This document shows, one piece after another, positions 1-10,374 of a stretch of DNA of 64,000 nt (position 1 is its first letter; each line of letters opens with the position of its first letter). The notes under the pieces were generated by a model, which saw only the letters and a list, made by a program, of their open reading frames with translations, was not told the DNA's origin and did not search any database. The stretch spans positions 93,000,001 through 93,064,000 of the forward strand of contig OZ024741.1 in NCBI GenBank assembly GCA_964016885.1, in the 5' to 3' direction. This stretch comes from Eledone cirrhosa. Taxonomy: Eukaryota. The position numbers and the translations under genes are program-made.

Positions 1-407
1 TCTTCGCGGCAGCCCCGTTCCATTATTTATCCAACATTTCGGCAGCATGCAGAATCCGACCAAATATACCATCAACCACACATAATTAGTAGTAAAATTA
101 AACTTAGAAGAAATGCGCACATACCGTAATTATATCTCTACCATGGTTTCTTCCTTATTTAGGACATCCAAATAATATGAATTATCCAGAGTTAGGATCA
201 TCAGGAGATAAACTCAAAATCAGACATTTAGTTTTTCTAACCGAGCGCGCCAAATTTAGATTCAAAAATGGCTAAAATCGCTATGTAGCTGTGTACCAGC
301 CAGAGAGAAAGCGTGTGATTGGTTGCTTACGGCGGGTAGGCTTGCTGCTAGAAAGCGCAGCCATATATCGCCAAATTTAATCTCAACCAAATGGGAGATT
401 ATATATA

Positions 408-462
408 ATTTTCATTTTCATTTCATTTTACGTCCACTTTTCCCTGCTTGCAAGGGTGGGAC
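408..462 (-). mobile_element. 3'-terminal stub of RTE family C or its partner SINE
   Basis: Reverse complement reads GTCCCACCCTTGCAAGCAGGGAAAAGTGGACGTAAAATG followed by a (AAAATG)n tail. This matches the 3' ends at 5898-5949 and 6077-6131. Confidence 0.8.
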
Positions 463-490
463 TATATAATATATATATATATATATAATA

Positions 491-528
<38 letters not shown>

Positions 529-1206
529 TATATATATATAATATATATATTATATATATATATATATATATAATATATAAATATATATAATATAATATAT
601 ATAAATATATATAATATAATATATATATATATAATATATATATATATATAATATATATAATATATATATATATATAATATATATAATATATAATATAGAT
701 ATATAATATATATAATATATATATATAATATATATATAGTATATATATATAATATATATATAATATATAATATATATATAATATATATATATATATAATA
801 TATATATATATAAATATATATAGTATATAATATATATAGTATATAATATATATATATATATATATAATATATATAAATATATATAATATATATATATATA
901 ATATATATATATATATATAATATATATATATATATATAATATATATAATATATATATATATAAATATATATAGTATATAATATATATATATATATATATA
1001 ATATATATATAGTATATAATATATATATATATATATATAATATATATAAATATATATAATATATATAATATATATATATAATATATATATATATAATATA
1101 TATAAATATATATAATATATATAATATATATATATATATAATATATATAATATATATATATATAATATATATATATATAATATATATATATATATATAAT
1201 ATATAA
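463..1206. repeat. interrupted (TA)n microsatellite array
   Basis: TA dinucleotide run with periodic extra-A interruptions. Confidence 0.97.
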
Positions 1207-4200
1207 TCATCATCATCATCATCATCACCGTTTTACGTCCGTTCTTCCACGCTAGCATGGGTTAGACGGGTTGTCCTGTTGTGGGCAGTAGCTGGTCGGC
1301 TGACCATGCCTTGCTCATACAGGAACTGATCTGGCTTGATTTCTACAGCTGGATGCCCTTCCTAACACCAACCTCATTTACAGTGAGTGCTGGGTGCTTT
1401 TTCGTGGCGCCTATACGTCCACTTTACAGTGTGGGCTGGGTGCTTTTTTGCTGTGGCACCTTGCGGTGGGGGGGGGGGGGGGCATATTGTTTATATGCTT
1501 CAGCATGTACCCATGGGAGGTCGGGTACCCTGTATTACTGCGTGACGCCAGAAGTCCCGGTCGTGTGTCATTGACTTTGAGAGGTGTAGTTGGGTAAGGT
1601 CGGCTTTTATCACCTCATCCCAAGTCATCTTGGGTCTCCCCACTCCGCGGTTTCCATCAACTTCTAGTGCTCTGCACCTTTTTATGCAGCTGTCATCCTT
1701 CATACGCATCACATGTCCATACCAGCGTAACCGCCTCTCCTGCACGCAGCATCTGATTCCTCTTATGCTCAGTCTCTCTCTCAATTCCTTTATGCTTTGT
1801 CGTTCACGTATATTACTGTTACACATCCATCGGAGCATGCAGGCTTCGTTTCTCTCTAATCTACGTAAGTCTTCCACCTTCAACGCCCAGGTCTCACTAC
1901 CATGCAACATCGCTGTTCGGATACACGCATCATACAGTCTGCCTTTCATTCTGAGGGAGAAGCCTTTTGCAGCTAGCAGTGGTAGTAGTTCCCTAAACTT
2001 CTTCCATCCCGTTCTTACCCTAGTTATTGTACTTTCTGAGCACCCACCTCCGTTGCTAATTCGGTCACCTAGGTAGCAGAAGCTGTCTACTGTTTCTACA
2101 GGGCCCTCCCAGAGATTGGTGGTACTTGTTTCCTGTGGCTGTTTGCTTGCTGTTTCAGCACAGCTGCTGCATGTGAATCCTACATTCTTAATTAAGCTTC
2201 CTGAGATCCCGCTACATCTCTTGTGTACCCATTGTTTGCATTTGGGGCAGAGAATGGAGTTCCTACCTACACCTTTCCTACATACTGAGCAAGGCCATTT
2301 CCCTGAGGGGATCTGGGTTCTGTTTTCTCGTCTACTTATAAGGACCTTAGTCTTTGTCATGTTGACTTTGAGGCCCTTTCTCTCTAGTCCCTGCTTCCAG
2401 GTTTGGAATTTATTCTCTAGTTCTACCATAGATTCAGCTATGAGTGCGAGGTCATCAGCATACAGGAGTTCCCATGGGCATCCGGTCTTAAACTCCTCCG
2501 TTATTGCCTGCAGGACTATGATGAACAGGAGAGGGCTAAGAACAGAGCCCTGGTGGACCCCAACCTGTACGCTAAATTCCTCGCTATACTCATTGCCAAT
2601 CCTAACTTTGCTGACTGCTCCCCTATACATGGCTTGTACCGCTTTCACAAGCCATTCATCTACTCCTAGTTTTCTAAGAGCCCACCAGATTACTGCACGT
2701 GGAACTCTGTCAAAGGCTTTCTCAAGGTCGACAAATGCCAAGTAGAGTGGCTTACTTTTAGCTAGGTACTTTTCCTGTAATTGCCTCACAAGGAAGAGGG
2801 CATCAGTGGTGCCTTTCCCTGGTACAAACCCAAATTGCATCTCGTCTATATTCACCCGGTCCCTAATCAGCTGTGCTATAACTCTTTCTGTTACTTTCAT
2901 GACCTGGTCCATCAACTTTATACCTCTATAGTTTCCTCTATCTAGTGCATCGCCTTTACCTTTGTAGCAGTTGACAATGATGCTACTGCACCAATCTTTT
3001 GGTATGGCCCCCTCTAGTATTACCTGGTTAACGATACGTGTGGTTATAGTGTGACCTACAGACCCAGATGCCTTCAGCATCTCGGCAGCTATACCCGATG
3101 GACCGGTTGCCTTCCCTATCTTCATATCTCTGATTGCCTTACTTACTACGCTGCCGCTGACTTGTACTGCTGGTCCCTCTATAGGGTCTACGTGGGATAG
3201 GGTCTCTTCTTCCCATGCATTCTCCTCATTTAGTAATCTATCATAATGACTCTTCCATGCATCTTTCTTCTCAGCACTTGTGAGGGCAAGCTCACCTTTA
3301 TCATTCCGGATACACTTCTCTCCAATGACATCACAACTATCTCTGACACACTGCCTCGCAATCTTGAATACCTCCTGTTTCTGGTCCTCACGTTGTAAAA
3401 CATGCTTGAATTTTCTATCCTCTGCTTCCCTCCTAGCTAAGTATACTTGTCGCCTAGCTTCCCTCTTGGTCTCTATGTAATGTACCCTGCTCCCCCCGTT
3501 CTTCCATTCTTTCCATGCCTGTCTCTTGGCCTTGACTGCTTCATCTACCTTATTGTTCCACCACCAAGTCACTCTCCTCCTGCTTGAGGTCTTACTCCAG
3601 CCACAAGCCTCATCCGTCGCCTCTAGTAAGTTATTTTTTAGGAACTCCCAGTTCTCTTCTACGTTAAATGTCTCTATCTGTTCTTCTTTACTGTCGTAGG
3701 CGTTGAGTAAAATATCTTTAAATCTGTTACTGGTTGAGGGGACTTTCAGCTTCCAGATCTTTCTTCTCCAGGTTGGCCTCTGTTTCCGGGTTCGTCTAGT
3801 TCTGACCGTGAGGTCGCTGACAACTAAGCTATGTTGGGATGTACATTCCTCACTAGGGAAGGCTTTTGTGTTTACGACCGTCCATCTGTCACGTCCTCTG
3901 ATGAGGATAAAATCTAACTGACTAGAGTGCTCCCCTGATCTATAGGTGATCAGGTGGTTGTCGGGTTTTTTAAAGTTTGTGTTACATATCGACATGTCAT
4001 TGGCGTCGCAGAATTCTAGAAGTCTGAATCCTTCCTCATTCCTTGTGCCAACTCCATGGCCTCCATGTACTCTATTGAAGCCGTCGCAGTGTTTACCTAC
4101 GTGTCCGTTAAAATCTCCTGCAATGATTAGGAAGTCCTTGTCGTCTGTTAGAGCAGTAGTGTGTATTAGGGACTCGTAAAACCTATCCTTAAGTTCGTCT

Positions 4201-5358
4201 GGCAGCCCCGATTGGGGTGCGTAAGCTGATATTATTGTGGTCATTGTTTTATTCAGGACTAGTCTGAGTTTAATGATTCTTGCATTTACCCTGTACACTG
4301 AGATTACTTTATCTACCCACTTGTCAGCTAATAGTATACCTACACCACCCATCCCATCGTCATTTCCCACCCAGAAAAATTTGTAGCACTGGCTTTTTCC
4401 TACAAGGACTCTAGCAGACCCTCCTCTCCATCTAGTCTCTTGCACACAGCATACATCAACTTCCTTTCGCTCTAGCATTTCTACGATTTCTCCTGCTCTT
4501 CCTTTCATTGAGCCTACATTGATGGTACCAACTCGGAGTTTTGGGCATTTGTCGACACTCGTAGGGGAGGGTCTCTGGGTTGGCGCTTCACGTGGGTGCT
4601 TGGTAGCTCGCAGATTCATATTTCATCTATTGATTCAGAGTTGCTCGTGTATTCCCAGCTCATCCATCCATAACGGTGGGAAAATTGAGGGCTAGAAGAA
4701 CAGTGGTGGTGGGGTAATGGCAGGGTGTGTTGGGATGCGCCAGAGGAGGAGAGAGTTAGTTAGGCAGGTAGTAGCAGCAGCAGTGGAAATGGCATGCTAG
4801 GTTTGATTGGTCGAATAGACTATGGTGGTGTGTGGGGGTGGGGGGGAGGGAAATTGTGAGGTAGGAACTGAGGGTCGCATGGTAAATAACTGAGAGAGAT
4901 ACAATAGGATTAGAATACCGCATGGTAAATATCCAAGTTAATAAGTTAATACTACATCAGTAAAATTAACAATAATAATGTCATGAAAAAACTACTAAGA
5001 GAAACCCTCGAAAATTTATCGCTAATACAGCAGGGAAAATTTAACGCTAATACAGCAGGGAACATCATAATATTAACGACAATATGTAGGCTAAAATACC
5101 TTCGTAGATTAGATGGATGGCTGGAAAAATTGGAATCAGCTCTAGTGATACATTTTAGCAGAGAAGAATGGGAAAGTGTCTTATCTCTTCAATATTTTCA
5201 GATTGAATGAATTAGGTTAAAGACAGGGTAGTAAGCGTTAAAGAAGTGCATAGAGAGGGGGGGGGGGGTAGGAACTGAGGGTCGCATGGTAAATAACTGA
5301 GAGAGATACAATAGGATTAGAATACCGCATGGTAAATATCCAAGTTAATAAGTTAATA
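1207..5358 (-). mobile_element. RTE-clade non-LTR retrotransposon, family A, near full length
   Basis: (ATG)n tail at 1207-1227, ~290 bp 3' UTR, single APE+RT ORF, ~740 bp 5' region; flanked by (TA)n on both sides. Confidence 0.92.
1500..4619 (-). CDS. RTE ORF: AP endonuclease + reverse transcriptase with internal PHD-type finger (intact, 1039 aa)
   Basis: APE motifs TINVG, CVQET, SAYAPQ, GDFNGH, LDFIL. RT motifs YRGIKL, QFGF, FVDLEKAFD, GVHQGSVLSP, YADD, FCYLG. RTE-type C-terminus [11 protein letters not shown]...GRPKMTW. Confidence 0.95.
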   Translation of the reverse strand: MNLRATKHPREAPTQRPSPTSVDKCPKLRVGTINVGSMKGRAGEIVEMLERKEVDVCCVQETRWRGGSARVLVGKSQCYKFFWVGNDDGMGGVGILLADKWVDKVISVYRVNARIIKLRLVLNKTMTTIISAYAPQSGLPDELKDRFYESLIHTTALTDDKDFLIIAGDFNGHVGKHCDGFNRVHGGHGVGTRNEEGFRLLEFCDANDMSICNTNFKKPDNHLITYRSGEHSSQLDFILIRGRDRWTVVNTKAFPSEECTSQHSLVVSDLTVRTRRTRKQRPTWRRKIWKLKVPSTSNRFKDILLNAYDSKEEQIETFNVEENWEFLKNNLLEATDEACGWSKTSSRRRVTWWWNNKVDEAVKAKRQAWKEWKNGGSRVHYIETKREARRQVYLARREAEDRKFKHVLQREDQKQEVFKIARQCVRDSCDVIGEKCIRNDKGELALTSAEKKDAWKSHYDRLLNEENAWEEETLSHVDPIEGPAVQVSGSVVSKAIRDMKIGKATGPSGIAAEMLKASGSVGHTITTRIVNQVILEGAIPKDWCSSIIVNCYKGKGDALDRGNYRGIKLMDQVMKVTERVIAQLIRDRVNIDEMQFGFVPGKGTTDALFLVRQLQEKYLAKSKPLYLAFVDLEKAFDRVPRAVIWWALRKLGVDEWLVKAVQAMYRGAVSKVRIGNEYSEEFSVQVGVHQGSVLSPLLFIIVLQAITEEFKTGCPWELLYADDLALIAESMVELENKFQTWKQGLERKGLKVNMTKTKVLISRRENRTQIPSGKWPCSVCRKGVGRNSILCPKCKQWVHKRCSGISGSLIKNVGFTCSSCAETASKQPQETSTTNLWEGPVETVDSFCYLGDRISNGGGCSESTITRVRTGWKKFRELLPLLAAKGFSLRMKGRLYDACIRTAMLHGSETWALKVEDLRRLERNEACMLRWMCNSNIRERQSIKELRERLSIRGIRCCVQERRLRWYGHVMRMKDDSCIKRCRALEVDGNRGVGRPKMTWDEVIKADLTQLHLSKSMTHDRDFWRHAVIQGTRPPMGTC

Positions 5359-5437
5359 TATATATATAATATATATAAATATATATAATATATATATATG
5401 TGTATATATATATAATGTATAATATATATATATATAA

Positions 5438-5482
<45 letters not shown>

Positions 5483-5542
5483 TATATATATAATATATAT
5501 ATATATATTATATATATATATATAATATATATATATATATAT

Positions 5543-5573
<31 letters not shown>

Positions 5574-5611
5574 AATATATAATATATATATATATATAAT
5601 ATATATATAAT

Positions 5612-5947
5612 GGAGGCACATGGCTTAGTGGTTAGAGCATTGGCCTTGCAATCAAAAGGTTGTGAGTTCAATTCTCAGACCGGGTGATGTGTTGTTTCCT
5701 TGAGCAAGGCACTTTATTTCACATTGCTCCAGTTTACTCAGCTGTAGAAATGAGATGATAGGGATTGGGGTCCCTATCATTCCACTGCAAAGTGGTCGTG
5801 GAGGTGCCACGGCAAAAAAGCACCCAGCACTCACTGTAAATGAGGTTGGTGTTAGGAAGGGCATCCAGCTGTAGAAATCAAGCCAGAATCAGTTCCCGTC
5901 CCACCCTTGCAAGCAGGGAAAAGTGGACGTAAAATGAGATGATGATG

Positions 5948-5949
<2 letters not shown>
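5612..5949 (+). mobile_element. tRNA-derived SINE with CORE-like block, RTE-related body and RTE family C 3' tail
   Basis: A box TGGCTTAGTGG at 5621-5631, B box GTTCAATTC at 5666-5674, CORE-like CCTTGAGCAAGGCACTTTA, (GAT)n tail; two more copies in the window. Confidence 0.88.
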
Positions 5950-5983
<34 letters not shown>

Positions 5984-6009
5984 TATAATATATATATATA
6001 TATATATAA

Positions 6010-6076
<67 letters not shown>

Positions 6077-6077
<1 letters not shown>

Positions 6078-6972
6078 CATCATCATCATCATCATTTTAC
6101 GTCCGCTTTTCCCTGCTTGCAAGGGTGGGACGGGTCTTATTCAGCACAGCATCTCTCCACTCGTCACGGTCCCTCGTCATCTCCACCGTGAGCTTCAATG
6201 ATCTGAGGTCTGTTCTCACCACCTCCGCCCATGTTTTTCGTGGTCTACCTCTACCACGTCTTCCTTCAACTGGCATTTCCTGGCACTTCTTCACCCATCG
6301 GTCATCCTCCATGCGCATCACATGTCCATACCACCTCAGTCTCCTCTCCCGTACACTACATTCTATCCCTCTCAGACACAGTTTCTCTCTCAACACATTT
6401 ATGCTGGGTCGTTCACGCACATTTACACTGCACATCCAACGGAGCATGCTTGCCTCATTTCTCTCCAGCCGTCGCATATCTTCTGCGGTAGCTGCCCATG
6501 TCTCACTACCATGCAGCATCGCGCTCCTCACACAGGCATCATACAACCGGCCTTTCGTACGCAGGGAGAAACCCTTCTTCGTCAACAGAGGAAGCAGCTC
6601 CCTTGACGATTTTGACTTTGATTTTGTATCAGTACTGTCGGTAATATATGTATATATATATATGTTTGTGAGTGGTGTGCGTGATTGTATGCATGAATGA
6701 GTGTTGGTATGTGTGGTTGTGGTTTGTATGCATGAGTATTAGTGTGTGAGTCGTGTCAATAAGTTTTTTTTTTTTTTTTTTTTTTTTAATAATGACGATG
6801 CTGTAAAATGGAGGGGTAGAGAGGGCCCTTGAGTCTAGTAAGACATCCTCTCTAGTGCTGGTGGCACAAATAAAAGCACCCAGTCCATGCTGTAAAGTGG
6901 CGCTGGTGTTAGGAAGGGCATCCAACCAGTGTATCAACGCCAAAAAGCTTATCAGCACAGCAACAAAACAGC
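6077..6972 (-). mobile_element. RTE family C, 3' fragment (6077-6602) joined to an inverted piece of its own 5' UTR (6603-6972)
   Basis: 6077-6602 matches 60775-61294 (RT C-terminus + tail). 6603-6972 is the reverse complement of about 44434-44829. Confidence 0.88.
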
Positions 6973-7641
<669 letters not shown>

Positions 7642-7741
7642 TAGTGAAGTTTCCGTTGAAAATTGAAAAAGTCATAGGAGTGAAGAGTGCTCTATGTAAG
7701 TACCAGAGCAAAATTTAATGTATAATAAACAATACAATATA

Positions 7742-7819
7742 ATTACCTCATTACCAGAGGTTTCCCGAATAAGACGAATACGAAAGAAACGTCCTCATTC
7801 GTTCGTCGGACGAGGCAAT
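7742..7819 (-). ncRNA. type I hammerhead ribozyme, family H1 (core variant CCGACGA)
   Basis: Stem I ATTGCCTCGT/ATGAGGTAAT, CCGACGA, stem II CGAATGA..TTATTCG, GAAA, short stem III CC-TCT-GG, GUA site. Differs from the CUGANGA consensus by U->C. Confidence 0.7.
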
Positions 7820-8987
7820 ATAAAACATAGTGAAATATTTGGAAAGTCTCCTCAAGAAATGTAAAAAAAATATATATATATAAATAAAAGTAATGCAATA
7901 GACATAAAATATATAAAAAAATTTATAAGGAAATATAGTTAGGTGTGTGTAAATGTATGTATATACACTCACAAATGTACATATGTATGTATGTACAAAT
8001 GCGTGTGTATGGTGAAAATGTGTGCGTAAATATATATATGAGGGCAAGTATATCTGTATATGGATATAATATGAGTTGAAAATAAATTGATAATCTAGTT
8101 GACACGTATACAGAAAACAGGGTATTAGATACATTATATGAATATGAAGGCACGTGTAAAAATTTTTAAATGAAAGAGAAAGTAGTCAATTAACACTAGA
8201 GAAAAGAAAAGAAAACTAAACAAACAAGGTACACGCGTACATACACATATATCTATAAGAAACATATATCTATAAAAAAATATATATATACACGCAATAC
8301 GTGCAGACTAAAGTGTATGCAAGCGTACATACACACACAGGATGCACATATATATATACATACATATCGCCCCATGTATATCTAATCACACGTACGTACG
8401 CGACTGTATACACACATATATATATATATATATATTCACACGCACACATACACACCCATACATACAATACATATATACACACATACATACATTCACTCAC
8501 ATTGACCGGCTTACACGCACACACTTAAAAATAAGAATATAAAAACACACATACATACACATCTATATATACACACGCATGCACGCGCACATACGGAGGC
8601 GTTCGTGTACATATACAGAAATATACACACATAAAGACGCTCAGACACAGGTACAGGGTGTAAAAACAGCCTTATGAATAAGTGAGTACAAATATAAAAA
8701 TATAAAATTGGCTGCGAAATAACAGAAAATATCTGGAGTGGAAAACGCAAGTGACTTTTGTAATCGGGTAGTAAAGAAAATAGGGAAGTAAAATGTGGAA
8801 AGTGAAGATATTAGGTAAGTGAATCGAAGAATAAAGTGGGGTGGGGGTGGGTTACTGGTGGATGTGAAGTAAAAATAAAATTAATAATAAGGTTAAAAAT
8901 GAAAGTAAATCAGAAAGAGTAGTCTTTAAAGAGAATAATTAAGTGAAGAATAAGAGCTTATGGAGGATATATTTCACTATGTTTTAT

Positions 8988-9065
8988 ATTGCCTCGTCCG
9001 ACGAACGAATGAAGACGTTTCTTTCGTATTCGTCTTATTCGGGAAACCTCTGGTAATGAGGTAAT
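8988..9065 (+). ncRNA. type I hammerhead ribozyme, family H1 (core variant CCGACGA)
   Basis: Same fold as 7742-7819 on the + strand; GAAA at 9043-9046, GTA at 9053-9055. Confidence 0.7.
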
Positions 9066-9127
9066 TATATTGCATTGTTTATTATACATTATATATATAA
9101 TATATATATGTAATATATATATATATG

Positions 9128-9305
9128 TATTGAAATTTCCGTTGAAAACAGAAAAGGTCATAGAAGTGAAGAGCGCTCTATGTAATTACCAGAGCAAAAT
9201 TTAATGTATAAAAATCAATACAAAATAATTACCTCATTACCAGAGGTTTCCCGAATGAGGCGAATACGAAAGAAACGTCTTCATTCGTTCGTCAGACGAG
9301 GCAAT
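9128..9305 (-). mobile_element. diverged 3'-end copy of the 7642-9091 element
   Basis: Direct repeat of 7645-7819 with scattered substitutions, truncated right at hammerhead stem I. Confidence 0.75.
9228..9305 (-). ncRNA. type I hammerhead ribozyme, family H1, canonical core
   Basis: ATTGCCTCGT-CTGACGA-stem II (CGAATGA/TCATTCG)-GAAA-CC TCT GG-TA-ATGAGGTAAT. The base of stem II is an A/G mismatch. Confidence 0.8.
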
Positions 9306-9340
9306 ATATATATAATATATAATATATATATATATATATA

Positions 9341-9655
9341 TCATCATCGTTTAACGTCCATATTCCACGCTTGCATGGGTTTTGATGGGAGTTTTCCCAC
9401 TTGAGGCAAGAGTGGTTGTCTTGCTCGCATAGGACTGTCTGGCGGGTTTTCTACGGCTGGATGCCCTTCCTAACACCAACCACATTTACAGTGTGGAACT
9501 GGGAGGTTTTTACCGTGTTACCTACACGGCCACATTACAGCGTGGACTGTGTGTTTTTTGTCGTGACACCTACACTACCTCATTTGTTTCGTGCTGGATG
9601 TTGTGACACCAACATAACTTTACATTGAAAGGGGTGGTGGGGGTAGTGGGACGGG
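9341..9655 (-). mobile_element. RTE family B 3' UTR fragment
   Basis: Matches 24433-24890 apart from that copy's internal duplication; (ATG)n tail. Confidence 0.85.
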
Positions 9656-9758
9656 TAGTGGTCCACTGCCCTTAAACATGCTGTGACTTCTCTCTCCCAT
9701 GTGTAGCTGGACAGTCAATTTTAAAATTCTCTTAGTGTTGTCTGAAATGTATGGCCTT

Positions 9759-9838
9759 ACACACGCTGATGAACCGAGACTAGACCATTTCTTTCAACAA
9801 ATTTTTGGTGAAACATATCTTTGGATTTGTACGTGTGT
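9759..9838 (+). ncRNA. type I hammerhead ribozyme, family H2
   Basis: Stem I ACACACG/CGTGTGT; CTGATGA at 9766-9772; stem II ACCGAGA/TTTTGGT; GAAA at 9810-9813; stem III CATATC-TTTG-GATTTG; GUA site at 9829-9831. Confidence 0.9.
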
Positions 9839-10294
9839 TATATAGTTATAGAGGTATTTATTTACGCTTTAATTTATATTTTTAATTATCGTGTCTATAG
9901 TCTGCCTTTCATAGGTTATAGATTCCATACACTGGTGGTTTTTTCCCTGTATTATTGATAACGCACTATATATCTCTCTCTGGTGTTACCTTCTCAACAT
10001 ATTGTATTTTAAAGAGCTCAGGATCTCTTCTCCTTTGAGCACATTATTTAAAGGGAATAGCGAGGGCCTATGCCTCCGTTAATTTATCATGATATTTCGC
10101 TCCTAATAAGTCTTTCCTATCTCTGTTTGGTTGAGCACACTTCACTGAGTGGCTTTGGGCTGCCCTTTCTAGCAGTTCGTCCCTCAGAGGCCACTGGTTC
10201 ACTGCCCTTAAACACGCTGTGACTTCTCTCTCCCACATGTAGCTGGACAGTCAATTTTAAAATTCTCTTAGTGTTGTCCGAAATGTATGGCCTT

Positions 10295-10374
10295 ACACAA
10301 GCTGATGAACCGAGACTAGACCATTTCTTTCAACAAATTTTTGGTGAAACATATCTTTGGATTTGTATGTGTGT
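10295..10374 (+). ncRNA. type I hammerhead ribozyme, family H2, weakened stem I
   Basis: Same core at +536 bp. Stem I ACACAAG/TGTGTGT has one mismatch and one wobble. Confidence 0.75.

Larger units (their letters stand above)
7642..9091 (-). mobile_element. non-coding Penelope-like (PLE-type) element with hammerhead-containing inverted repeats
   Basis: 7716-7838 is the reverse complement of 8969-9091 and both arms contain a hammerhead fold. Flanked by TA; no ORF inside. PLE assignment is inferred from architecture. Confidence 0.65.

Noticed and set aside
1630-4179. Plus-strand ORFs opposite RTE ORFs, recurring in each copy
   Set aside because: They are antisense shadows of the conserved coding strand, with no independent motifs.
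5612-5685. tRNA gene (also at 10639, 12880, 38295)
   Set aside because: A and B boxes are present but the acceptor stem is not convincing, and each continues into a SINE body.
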